Positions 7,167 through 15,893 of a stretch of 24,000 nt of DNA are shown here, piece after piece. The notes below the pieces were generated by a model. That model was not told where the DNA came from and searched no databases. It saw only the letters and a program-made list of their open reading frames with translations. The stretch is from NCBI GenBank assembly GCA_049314435.1, contig JBMOFD010000003.1, positions 1 to 24,000 of the forward strand. Reading direction: 5' to 3'. Numbering within the stretch: the first letter of the stretch is position 1; each line of letters begins with the position of its first letter. This DNA comes from Chlamydiia bacterium. GTDB lineage: Bacteria > Chlamydiota > Chlamydiia > Chlamydiales > JBMOFD01. The translations under genes were made by a program, and so were the position numbers.

Positions 7167-7763
7167 ATGCTTGATCAAATTCTCGATTACATCATTCCGT
7201 TTGTCCAGCACCACGGCTATTGGCTCGTGGGAGCTATTCTTCTCCTTGAGAACATGGGCATACCCTTGCCAGGTGAATTGGTTCTCATCAGCTCAGGCCT
7301 TCTAGCTTTTGAAGGGCATCTTAACATCTGGTTGATTGCCATGTGGGCGATCATTGGTGCTGTTGTGGGGGACAACTGCGGCTATTGGCTAGGGAAGTAT
7401 TACGGAGCCCGGATCATCAATGCGTACTGTCGCTGGTTCAAGGTTCATCGCGACCGACAGGAGAGAGTGCAGGAGCTCTTTCTGCGCTACAGTGGATGGA
7501 TGGTCTTTCTAGGCCGTTTTGTGGCTCTACTCCGCATGTTTGCGGGCCCACTGGCTGGTGTGATGGGTATGTCTTGGAAGCGATTTCTTGTTTGCAATAC
7601 GGCAGGTGCGGTGATCTGGGTAGCCTGTATCCTAGGCGGAAGCTACATCTTTGGGGCTCATGTTCGGGATATCGTGCAGACGATCGGCATCTGGGGCATG
7701 GTCGCGGCCGTTGCAGCCGTCTTCTATATCAAACTACGTGTGACCCAGTCGCTGATGAAGTAA
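7167..7763 (+). CDS. DedA-family inner-membrane protein (paralog 1)
   Basis: The 198-aa polytopic ORF has DedA/SNARE-associated motifs (LLLENMGIPLPGE, GDNCGYWLGKYYG, FLGRFVALLRMFAGPLAG). Confidence 0.85.
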   Translation: MLDQILDYIIPFVQHHGYWLVGAILLLENMGIPLPGELVLISSGLLAFEGHLNIWLIAMWAIIGAVVGDNCGYWLGKYYGARIINAYCRWFKVHRDRQERVQELFLRYSGWMVFLGRFVALLRMFAGPLAGVMGMSWKRFLVCNTAGAVIWVACILGGSYIFGAHVRDIVQTIGIWGMVAAVAAVFYIKLRVTQSLMK

Positions 7764-7791
7764 GAAGGGAACTGAGTCGGCGTATCCAGAG

Positions 7792-7811
7792 AGGGGGACG
7801 AAGTCCCCCTG
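7792..7811. repeat. Palindromic hairpin element, copy 1 (probable bidirectional terminator between dedA and rho)
   Basis: AGGGGGAC-GAA-GTCCCCCT lies between the convergent stops at 7763 and 7841. The 20-nt string AGGGGGACGAAGTCCCCCTG is identical to 21091-21110. Confidence 0.5.
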
Positions 7812-7840
7812 CGGGGTAGGGAGCAGAGCCCCCCCACACC

Positions 7841-9346
7841 TTAGTCCTTCATGCTGAGAAGGAATTCGATGTTGTTGCTGGTCTTCTTCAGACGAGAGAG
7901 AAGAAGGTTGAGCGCGTCTGCTGGGGCCAAGTCGGCTGTGGCTTGACGCAGCACATAGATCTTATCCAACTCTTCTGGATGGTAGAGAAGCTCTTCCTTA
8001 CGTGTTCCAGACTTGACGAGGTCAATGGCTGGGTACATGCGTCGGTCAGCAAGACGCCGATCCAATACGAGTTCCATGTTACCCGTTCCCTTGAACTCCT
8101 CGAAGATCACCTCGTCCATACGAGAGCCCGTATCGATCAGCGCGGTCGCGATGATCGTAAGGGATCCGCCATGGTCGATGTTCCTTGCAGCCCCAAAGAA
8201 ACGCTTAGGTTTGTGGAGAGCATTCGCATCCACACCACCCGTTAGGATCTTGCCACTGTGAGGTTGTACGGTGTTGTAAGCGCGAGCCAAGCGTGTGATG
8301 CTATCGAGCAGGATGACGACGTCGTGGCCATATTCGACCAGACGGCGCGCCTTCTCGATCACCATCTCGGCGACTTGAACGTGGCGTTCGGGGGGCTCAT
8401 CAAAGGTAGAGGCCACCACTTCGCCGGTCTTCACCAGACGGCGCATCTCTGTGACTTCCTCGGGACGCTCGTCGATGAGCAGCACGATGAGGTAGCACTC
8501 GGGATTGTTCACCGCGATGGAGTTCGCGACGTTCTGCATGATGATGGTCTTCCCGGTACGGGGAGGAGCCACGATCAGGCCGCGTTGCCCTTTACCGATC
8601 GGGGCAGCTAGATCCAGCACGCGCGCTGAGAGATTGTCCCTTGTGGTTTCCATGACCAGTCTCTGGTCGGGGAACTGAGGAACTAGATCCTCAAAGGGTA
8701 CACGCTCTCGTGTGCGGTCTGGCACACAGCCATTCACCGCGTCAACGCGGATCAGGGCAAAGTACTTCTCTTTCTCTTTAGGAGCACGGATGCTACCCAA
8801 CACGGTGTCGCCAGTGCGGAGCTCAAAGCGTCGGATCTGCGCTGGGGAGACGTAGACGTCTTCAGCTGACGGCAGGTAGTTGTACATCGGGCTGCGTAGG
8901 AAGCCGTAGCCATCGGGCAGCTGTTCGAGAACGCCCTCAGATAGAATCGCTTCATTAGGATGTTCCGACTTGAATTTGACGATTTCAAAGACAAGCTGGG
9001 ACTTCGTCATCGAGCCCTGCACCTTCACACCTAGATTGCGAGCAAACAGGTGGATGCTGTCCACATCCATACGCTGAAGATCAGCAATGTTGGTGTACAC
9101 CTCAGGCGTGGCCGACTCTCCAGCCGCTGGCTCCGCACGAGGTGGGGAGTCTCCGCGATCTTGAGGCTCACGAGGTTGTTCGCCTCTTGGCTCTCCTCGA
9201 CGATGGTGATGCTGGTCTCCGCGTGCAGAATAATCCCCGCGAGAGCGATGTTGGCGCTCTCCGCGCTCGGGTCGTTCTTGACGCTGGGGACGCGGCTCTT
9301 CCACAAGGCTCGTTTCAGCCGGTGGTGCGGTCTCTTCGTGGCTCAT
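7841..9346 (-). CDS. rho: Transcription termination factor Rho with an N-terminal low-complexity extension
   Basis: The 501-aa ORF has an OB-fold RNA-binding region ([14 protein letters not shown]), Walker A ([12 protein letters not shown]) and a conserved C-terminal ATPase ([34 protein letters not shown]). The first ~85 residues are Arg/Glu/Pro/Gly/His-rich and have no counterpart in E. coli Rho. Confidence 0.93.
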   Translation of the reverse strand: MSHEETAPPAETSLVEEPRPQRQERPERGERQHRSRGDYSARGDQHHHRRGEPRGEQPREPQDRGDSPPRAEPAAGESATPEVYTNIADLQRMDVDSIHLFARNLGVKVQGSMTKSQLVFEIVKFKSEHPNEAILSEGVLEQLPDGYGFLRSPMYNYLPSAEDVYVSPAQIRRFELRTGDTVLGSIRAPKEKEKYFALIRVDAVNGCVPDRTRERVPFEDLVPQFPDQRLVMETTRDNLSARVLDLAAPIGKGQRGLIVAPPRTGKTIIMQNVANSIAVNNPECYLIVLLIDERPEEVTEMRRLVKTGEVVASTFDEPPERHVQVAEMVIEKARRLVEYGHDVVILLDSITRLARAYNTVQPHSGKILTGGVDANALHKPKRFFGAARNIDHGGSLTIIATALIDTGSRMDEVIFEEFKGTGNMELVLDRRLADRRMYPAIDLVKSGTRKEELLYHPEELDKIYVLRQATADLAPADALNLLLSRLKKTSNNIEFLLSMKD

Positions 9347-9929
9347 TGAGATTCTGGGTTAAGTTCCTGTAGAGCAGGTGCGCTGCTTGACGCAGTGCCT
9401 CCCGGTCTCCGGTATTGGAAATGATGATCGACGCTCGACGCGCCTTCTCAGACCGCGCAAGCTGATTTCGCTCGCGTCGATCGAACTCTTCTGTAGAGCC
9501 TCCAGCGGCACAATAACGTGCTCTAGATAGCTCCACTGGCGTATCTATGCAAACCACTTCATCGAATCGAGAGTTCCCTTCTGATTCAAAGAGCAGAGGG
9601 ACCTCAGCGATAAAGAGGCTGTTGGGTGCGCAGGACTGACTTGCGCGCTCTATCTCTTCATACACCATGGGGTGAAGAAGACGCTCCATAGCGACTCTCA
9701 ACTGCGGTTCGCGAAAGATACGGTTAGCGATCGCCTGAACGTCTAGTTCATGGTCTCGAAGAACTTCCGAGCCAAGAAGCTGAACAACCTGTGCTTGAAC
9801 GCGGGAGTCATGAAGAAGATGATGAACAATCTTGTCAGAACTGACTACATGCGCCCCGAGCTTGGCAAGCTCTTCGGCGAACAGGGACTTCCCTGAGGAG
9901 AATCCCCCGGTGATCGCAACTCGCTTCAA
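9315..9929 (-). CDS. coaE: Dephospho-CoA kinase
   Basis: P-loop [10 protein letters not shown] and the conserved polA-coaE synteny support the call. The ORF is open to TTG 9947. TTG 9929 gives the canonical N-terminus MKRVAITGG, has GGGAG 8 nt upstream, and overlaps the polA stop as TTGA. The 3' end overlaps the rho start by 32 nt. Confidence 0.85.
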   Translation of the reverse strand: MKRVAITGGFSSGKSLFAEELAKLGAHVVSSDKIVHHLLHDSRVQAQVVQLLGSEVLRDHELDVQAIANRIFREPQLRVAMERLLHPMVYEEIERASQSCAPNSLFIAEVPLLFESEGNSRFDEVVCIDTPVELSRARYCAAGGSTEEFDRRERNQLARSEKARRASIIISNTGDREALRQAAHLLYRNLTQNLNEPRRDRTTG

Positions 9930-12595
9930 CTGTAGCACTCCCGCCAATTTCGGCCAATGCTGACGTCCACCACCAGGGGAACATCAAGCTTCATGGCCTG
10001 CTCCATTCCCTGACGTACCAGCACCTCTAACTCAGAGAGCTCTGTCTCTGGAGCTTCAAAAAGAAGTTCGTCGTGGATCTGGAGAATCATCTGAGACTTC
10101 AGATCTGCCTGGGTGATCAGATCCTGACAACGGAGCATCGCCTGCTTGATGAGGTCAGCAGCTGTTCCCTGTAGGGGACTGTTGACCGCTAGTCGCTCAG
10201 CTGCGGCCCGGATCTGCCCATTGCTGCTATTGATCTCAGGAATCAACCGCTCCCGGCCAGTGAGCGTGCAGCTCTTCCCTGTGGCCCTTGCTTCCTCTTT
10301 ACAGCGCTCGAGGAACTCCCCTACGCGAGGGAAGCGATCAAAATACTTTTTAATAAATTGACGAGCTTCTTCCATGGAGCTCCCGATCTCGATCGAGAGG
10401 CGGTACGCCTGCTGTCCATAGAGGATCCCGAAGTTCACTGCCTTAGCTTGGCGGCGTTGCTCAAGAGTTACGGCTTCTAGGGGAATCTGATGCACAAGCG
10501 CTGCCGTGAATCGATGGATGTCCTCGCCATGCTGGAACGCCTCGATGAGAGTCGGGTCCTTGGACATATGGGCTAGAAGACGCAATTCGATCTGTGAGTA
10601 GTCGGCAGATAGGTAGACCCATCCCTCCCTTTGGGGACGGAACGCCTCACGAATCCTCTTCCCCTCATCGGATCGGATCGGGATGTTCTGCAGGTTCGGG
10701 TCCTGCGAGGAAAGACGACCCGTAGCTGCCACACTTTGCTGGAAGGTAGTATGGATCCGCCCATCACGAGGGAGCACGAAAGCAGGAAGAGCCTCCAGGT
10801 AGGTAGAGCGCAACTTCTCTAGTTGGCGCCACGCTAGGATGGTTCGAACGAAGGGGGCTTGAGGGAGTAAGTCTTCCAGCGCTTCTGCGCTGGTACTTGT
10901 AGCCATCGCACCGCGCTTTGCCGACTTGAGACCCATCTGTTCGTAGAGCACCTGGCTGAGCTGCTTGGGGCTATTGAGATTGAAACGCGAACCGCAGGCC
11001 GAGAAGATCTCCTCTGCCAGCTTATCAGAACGAGCGGCAAATTCGGTCTGCATTGCCTGGAGCTGCGACACATCTACGAAGATGCCGACCTCTTCCATCT
11101 CAAAAAGCAGACGAAGCAGAGGCATCTCCAGTCCATGGAGGAGTTGATCAAGGCCCCGTTCCGTTATCTGCTGTGAGAGGGATGCGTAGACATGCCAGGT
11201 CCAGAAGACGTCTTGGGCGCAGTAGTGGGCCACCTTTTCAACAGGGACCTCTGCCATCGTGATCTGCTGTTTGCCCTTTCCGATGAGCTCTTCTATGGGC
11301 GTCTTGGTGACGCCAAAGAGCTGGAAGGTGACATGATCGAGGTTGTGTCGGTGCGCATGCGCAAAGAGTAGGTAGGAGGCGAGGATCGTGTCGAAGTAGA
11401 GGTAGCCGATCTTCAGACCCAGTCCACGAAGGATGTGCAGGTCATACTTGAGGTTATGCCCGATGCAGCGCACTTCTGTGGCTGCAAGGAACTGCCGGAA
11501 AAGCTCCATACTTTCAGGTGGCTGTAGGGTAGCCACCGGTATGTAGTAAGGCCCACACTCCGGAGCATAGAGTCCAACACCAACTAGCTCAGCTCGTAGA
11601 GGGTCTTCCGAGGTTGTTTCTGTGTCCAGCACATATGTGCCAGCTGTCTTCAGTTGGGTCAACGCCCTCTGGAGCTTGTTATGGTCCAGAATGATCTCAC
11701 ACTCTGGGATCTGAGGGGTCTCTTGGTTGCAGGCTGCTGGACTCTGTTGCTGCAGTTCACTCTGTAGAGAGGAGAAAGCCATCTCCTTGTAGAACGCGCG
11801 CAGTGCCTCGTTGTCTATGGCATAGCGCTCATATTCCTGGAGTGTAGTGGGCACAGGTACATCGGTTTGAATGCGTGCCAGCTTTTGACTCAGTAGGACC
11901 TGTTCTCGCTCAGCCAGGACGGTAGCCTGCTTTTTGGCAGGCAGGTCCGCAGCATGCTGGAGCAGATTTTCCAGAGATCCATAGGTGGAGAGCAGCTGAG
12001 AGGCGGTTTTTGGGCCAAAGCCGCTCAATCCAGGGATATTGTCCGAGGCATCTCCCACGATCGCTAAATAGTCGACGATCTGGCGGGGCGTCACTTCGTA
12101 GATCTCCTGGACCTTAGCCGCATTGACAAGGAGGTAGTCCTTGGATGGGTTGAGCAGCATCACGCGCTCATTAACCAGCTGGCAGAGATCCTTATCCGAA
12201 GAGGCGATCCGTACATCGATCCCCTGTGTCTCCGCCCAGACGGCAATCGATCCGATCACATCATCCGCTTCTACGCCAGGAACCGCGAGCTGGGGGATTC
12301 CCATCCAGCGGAACCAGTCCGCGCTCCATTCGATCTGCTGGGGTAGATCAGCGGGGCACTCCTTGCGATGGCCCTTGTATTCGGCATAGAGGGCTTGTCG
12401 AGACTCCTTGTTGCGTGGTCCATCGAAGACAGCGCAAAGGTGGACAGGCTGCTGCTCATGCAAAAGTTTCAGCACCGATCGGATGCAACCGTAGAGGGCA
12501 TTGGTGGAGGCTCCCTGAGGATTGGTCATCCGGCTGATCGCGTAGTAGCTTCTGAAGAGGTAGGAGCTGACGTCGAGAAGATAGAGTGTTGTCAT
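9926..12595 (-). CDS. polA: DNA polymerase I
   Basis: The ORF has a 5' nuclease N-terminus, a 3'-5' exonuclease motif (VLDTETT), and polymerase motifs A (DYSQIELRLLAH), B (RRQAKAVNFGILYG) and C (QIHDELLFE). The start is set at ATG 12595 (MTTLYLLDVSS...), which overlaps the sppA stop as ATGA. The 20 extra codons up to 12655 lie inside sppA. Confidence 0.95.
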   Translation of the reverse strand: MTTLYLLDVSSYLFRSYYAISRMTNPQGASTNALYGCIRSVLKLLHEQQPVHLCAVFDGPRNKESRQALYAEYKGHRKECPADLPQQIEWSADWFRWMGIPQLAVPGVEADDVIGSIAVWAETQGIDVRIASSDKDLCQLVNERVMLLNPSKDYLLVNAAKVQEIYEVTPRQIVDYLAIVGDASDNIPGLSGFGPKTASQLLSTYGSLENLLQHAADLPAKKQATVLAEREQVLLSQKLARIQTDVPVPTTLQEYERYAIDNEALRAFYKEMAFSSLQSELQQQSPAACNQETPQIPECEIILDHNKLQRALTQLKTAGTYVLDTETTSEDPLRAELVGVGLYAPECGPYYIPVATLQPPESMELFRQFLAATEVRCIGHNLKYDLHILRGLGLKIGYLYFDTILASYLLFAHAHRHNLDHVTFQLFGVTKTPIEELIGKGKQQITMAEVPVEKVAHYCAQDVFWTWHVYASLSQQITERGLDQLLHGLEMPLLRLLFEMEEVGIFVDVSQLQAMQTEFAARSDKLAEEIFSACGSRFNLNSPKQLSQVLYEQMGLKSAKRGAMATSTSAEALEDLLPQAPFVRTILAWRQLEKLRSTYLEALPAFVLPRDGRIHTTFQQSVAATGRLSSQDPNLQNIPIRSDEGKRIREAFRPQREGWVYLSADYSQIELRLLAHMSKDPTLIEAFQHGEDIHRFTAALVHQIPLEAVTLEQRRQAKAVNFGILYGQQAYRLSIEIGSSMEEARQFIKKYFDRFPRVGEFLERCKEEARATGKSCTLTGRERLIPEINSSNGQIRAAAERLAVNSPLQGTAADLIKQAMLRCQDLITQADLKSQMILQIHDELLFEAPETELSELEVLVRQGMEQAMKLDVPLVVDVSIGRNWRECYS

Positions 12596-13647
12596 GCGCC
12601 TTGCCCCACGCAGGGTGCAATCCACATCGGTCCGCGTCTGGCCAAGTGGAGCCATGAGGGTTGCCAGGGGAGGAAGACCTCCTTAAATCCGCGGAAGCTC
12701 GATTCCAGCCACTCTTCCAGTCGATAGCGAGGAGTCTGCAGTTCAATGACCTGGGCCTTTTCAACACCCGCCTTGGCGAGGAGCTGAGAGAGCATTTCAT
12801 CTCGAGATCCGTTGCTTTGATCGATCAAACCCAATGCCTGGGCCTCAGCCCCTAAGAAGATTCGTGCTCCGATCTCCTGGCGCAGACGCTCCTTGGTAAG
12901 CTGAGGGCGAGCCTCGACCATGAATTGTAGGAATTGATCATAGCTCGTGGCCATCAGGCCCTCTAAAGAGCGGAACTCATCGGGCTGCCATGGTCTGAAG
13001 GGGGACCCCATGTCCTTGTCGAGACCGGCGGTGAGCACCCGTGCTTCGACTCCCCACTGGTTCAACCCTTGAGACACATTGAAGATCGGTCCAAACATGA
13101 CCCCCACACTGCCCACGATGCTTTCAGGGCAGGCGCTGATCTGATCGGCGGTTGTGGCGATCATGAGACCACCCGAACAGCACATGCTCTCCACATGAGC
13201 GTAGATCGGCACGTTGTGACGTTTCTTGAAGTCGAGGAGGATCTGCCTGATCTGAGAGCTATCCCAGACCGTTCCGCCGGGGGAATCGATGAGAAGAAGA
13301 ACACCGGCTAGAGGTCGATCCTTGGTATAGTGTTCAATAGTTCTCGCCATATGACGGACCGTTGTGGCTTCACAGCAACGACTTCCGATGGTACCGCGAA
13401 TGGCGAGCTGCCAGACAACCGGCGCATCATGACCCAAGATGCTGGCGGATCCCGTGGCGTCAGGGCAGGTCACCATCGAGAGAACGCTCGGTTCTTCTTC
13501 CAAGCGGGGGGACCCTCCAGCGGAAAAGAGAGCGCCGAGTACAATAAAGAGGAGCACCGCGCTTAGGGTAATTCCTAAGGCCCCGGCCATGATGCGCAAG
13601 AACGTCGCATAGAAGAGGCGCCATAGACTGTGTTGCGAAAGGGACAT
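12592..13647 (-). CDS. sppA: Signal peptide peptidase SppA (36K type, S49 family)
   Basis: The 351-aa ORF has an N-terminal TM helix and S49 motifs (LLLIDSPGGTV, MCCSGGLMIA). ATG 13590 is an alternative start. Confidence 0.85.
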   Translation of the reverse strand: MSLSQHSLWRLFYATFLRIMAGALGITLSAVLLFIVLGALFSAGGSPRLEEEPSVLSMVTCPDATGSASILGHDAPVVWQLAIRGTIGSRCCEATTVRHMARTIEHYTKDRPLAGVLLLIDSPGGTVWDSSQIRQILLDFKKRHNVPIYAHVESMCCSGGLMIATTADQISACPESIVGSVGVMFGPIFNVSQGLNQWGVEARVLTAGLDKDMGSPFRPWQPDEFRSLEGLMATSYDQFLQFMVEARPQLTKERLRQEIGARIFLGAEAQALGLIDQSNGSRDEMLSQLLAKAGVEKAQVIELQTPRYRLEEWLESSFRGFKEVFLPWQPSWLHLARRGPMWIAPCVGQGA

Positions 13648-13652
13648 GTGTT

Positions 13653-14720
13653 GTGGAGCTTTTGAAGGATTCGCAGACTATGTTGGAATATTTCCTAGGG
13701 AATGGCAAGCCAATCCTCGAGGCGGTTGTTGGGGTCGTGGGGCTGATTTGCCTCAATTTCTTGGTGCGATGGGGCCTGCGTGGGTGGGCCTACCGTCGTG
13801 GCCTGATTCCTCTTCGTTGGCAGCAGATTCTTGACCAAGCCTTTTGGCATCCGTTCCATGTAGTCCTGACCATCGTCGGTTCGCAGATGATCTTGCGGAT
13901 CGTTCTCAAGGAGATCGAGGTTCCCTATCCCTCTGTCATACAGCAATTGGCATTAGGGGCGATTCTCTTGTGCGCGGCGTGGTTCTTCATCGGCATGGTC
14001 GGAGCCTGGCGTCGTTGCGCGGTGGAGCATCGCGGGGCACGCCGCGAAGATCGGGCCATGGTTGATCTCATCGCCAGGCTCCTCATCATTATTTGTTGGA
14101 TTGCAACTGGGTTTGTGGCCCTCGATCTTATGGGAGTGCCGATCACAGCCCTAGTTGCTTTAGGGGGCTTAGCGGGAGGTGGTCTGGCCTTTGCCGCCAA
14201 AGATGTGGTCGGCAACTTCTTTGGTGGCGTCATGCTTCATGTGACTCAACCCTTCATCGTGGGGGATCAGATCCGCTTGGCTGGCGTTCATTTGGAAGGA
14301 ACGGTGGAAGAGATCGGGTGGATGCTCACGCAGGTGCGCACCCTGGATCGTCAGATCCTCTTCATTCCCAACTCCAGCTTCTCCACCGAGATCGTCATCA
14401 ACATCTCGAGGCAGACTCATCGCCCCCTGCGCGAGACGCTCCTGATTCAGGAAGTCGAGGGAAAGAGACTGCCCGAGATCTTAGGGGAGGTGCAGACCCT
14501 TTTGGATCGTTTCCCGGGTCTGGACCCCTCTCAAAAGAGAGTGGCCCATGTGTCCCACATCGGTTCTACCGGGTACGCGTTAGAGGTCGTTGCCTTCACC
14601 AAGGAGGTCGACGATCTAAGTTATTTCGCCTTGAGGACGCGCCTGTTGCTGGCTTTGACTGAGCTCCTCAGCCGGATGCGTGTGATCCTCGTCCGTCCCA
14701 CTCTTGCGATTCAGGCCTGA
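13653..14720 (+). CDS. MscS-family mechanosensitive channel
   Basis: N-terminal TM helices are followed by the MscS core (AKDVVGNFFGGVMLHVTQPFIVGDQIRL..GTVEEIGWMLTQVRTLDRQILFIPNS). The ORF opens at GTG 13653. ATG 13680 has AAGGA about 10 nt upstream and may be the real start. Confidence 0.85.
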   Translation: MELLKDSQTMLEYFLGNGKPILEAVVGVVGLICLNFLVRWGLRGWAYRRGLIPLRWQQILDQAFWHPFHVVLTIVGSQMILRIVLKEIEVPYPSVIQQLALGAILLCAAWFFIGMVGAWRRCAVEHRGARREDRAMVDLIARLLIIICWIATGFVALDLMGVPITALVALGGLAGGGLAFAAKDVVGNFFGGVMLHVTQPFIVGDQIRLAGVHLEGTVEEIGWMLTQVRTLDRQILFIPNSSFSTEIVINISRQTHRPLRETLLIQEVEGKRLPEILGEVQTLLDRFPGLDPSQKRVAHVSHIGSTGYALEVVAFTKEVDDLSYFALRTRLLLALTELLSRMRVILVRPTLAIQA

Positions 14721-14726
14721 GGCACC

Positions 14727-15356
14727 ATGTTTGACGATCTCGTTTTGCTTCTAGTCGCCCACGCCGCCCAGGCTCCCTGGATCATCTTCCTGATGATCTG
14801 TGCGACTGGGCTTTGTCTCCCTGTCTCTGAAGATCTCGTCATCCTAGGATCGGGGTGGATTGCCGCCAGCATCCTTCCAGACCAGGCAGCGGTTCTCTTT
14901 TTGGCTGGACTGGCTGGTGCCTATGCTTCCGATTGGATGACCTACGGCATCGGTCGCGGGTTGGGGGGGGGCTTGGCTCGCCTGACACGGCGTCGTGTCG
15001 AACGCGGACAAGCCCGCGTGATTCGGATGCAGGCCTTCTTCCAGCGATATGGGATCTGGGCACTTCTCTTCGGACGACTGGTGCCTTTTGGGTTTCGGAC
15101 GGGGCTCTTCCTCGCAGCAGGGATCAGTCGGGTCCATGTTTGGCGTTTTGCTTGGGCAGACGGTTTGGGTTGCCTACTCACGCATAGCCTTCTCTTTGGT
15201 ACGGCTTTCTTTGGCCATCAGCATGTCGAAGAGATCGTCCGAGGGATGCGCGGGCTGCACTGGGTTCTACTGGGCAGCGCTCTGTTGCTGGGCAGCATGG
15301 CTATTTGGCGCCTACGCGGAGAACGCCCCGCTGTGATCGAACCGCAGGAGGATTGA
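14727..15356 (+). CDS. DedA-family inner-membrane protein (paralog 2)
   Basis: The 209-aa polytopic ORF has DedA-type motifs (LPVSEDLVILGSGWIAA, FGRLVPFGFRTGLFLAAG). It starts 6 nt after the MscS stop. Confidence 0.8.
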   Translation: MFDDLVLLLVAHAAQAPWIIFLMICATGLCLPVSEDLVILGSGWIAASILPDQAAVLFLAGLAGAYASDWMTYGIGRGLGGGLARLTRRRVERGQARVIRMQAFFQRYGIWALLFGRLVPFGFRTGLFLAAGISRVHVWRFAWADGLGCLLTHSLLFGTAFFGHQHVEEIVRGMRGLHWVLLGSALLLGSMAIWRLRGERPAVIEPQED

Positions 15357-15363
15357 CAGCAGC

Positions 15364-15870
15364 GTGTGGGCCAATCTCCTCTCTCTTTCTAGGATCCCAC
15401 TGGGGATCCTCCTTCTCTTCTGCCCTATCCCGTGGCTACGTTTAGTGATCTGCGCTGTGGCTGGTGCTACTGATGCCGTGGATGGATGGGTGGCACGCCG
15501 TGAAGGCTCCCCCTCAAAGTGGGGAGCTCTGCTCGATCCGCTCGGGGATAAAGTCTTTGCGGGCTGTGCCCTAGTAGCTGCTTACAGGGCAGGAGCTCTG
15601 CAGTGGGCAGAGATCTCCATCCTGCTGAGTCGCGAGGGGGCCCTGCTTCTCTATTGTGTGGGGTGGTGGCTACTCGGTCACAGCAGAGCCACTCTGCGAC
15701 TTGGGTCCGTATGGGGCAGCAAGATCTTCACTGTGCTGCAGTTTGTGGTGTTGGGGCTGGCGATGATGGAGTGGGCCATCCCACAGTGGGTCTGGCCCGC
15801 CCTGCTGGTGCTCGCCTTCGTGGCAGCGATCGAATGGATGGTGGCTTTAGGGCGCGCTCGTTCGTCGTAG
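15364..15870 (+). CDS. CDP-alcohol phosphatidyltransferase family protein (PgsA-like)
   Basis: The 168-aa ORF has a GTG start 7 nt after the dedA stop. It carries the complete family signature D-x2-DG-x2-AR...G-x3-D-x3-D in DAVDGWVARREGSPSKWGALLDPLGDK. It is shorter than typical PgsA, so the head-group specificity is not assignable. Confidence 0.8.
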   Translation: MWANLLSLSRIPLGILLLFCPIPWLRLVICAVAGATDAVDGWVARREGSPSKWGALLDPLGDKVFAGCALVAAYRAGALQWAEISILLSREGALLLYCVGWWLLGHSRATLRLGSVWGSKIFTVLQFVVLGLAMMEWAIPQWVWPALLVLAFVAAIEWMVALGRARSS

Positions 15871-15893
15871 GCGCGAGCTATTCCGCAATGAAC

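Noticed and set aside
12596-12655. Twenty-codon N-terminal extension of polA
   Set aside because: It lies within the sppA coding sequence. The ATG at 12595 forms an ATGA overlap with the sppA stop and gives a normal Pol I 5'-nuclease N-terminus.
14093-14662. 189-aa ORF in an alternative + frame of the MscS gene. The 158-aa ORF at 7343-7819 over dedA and the 157-aa ORF at 15603-16076 are the same kind of thing.
   Set aside because: The Arg/Gly/Ser/Cys-rich translations are typical of out-of-frame reading of GC-rich coding DNA. The overlapped frames carry clear family motifs.
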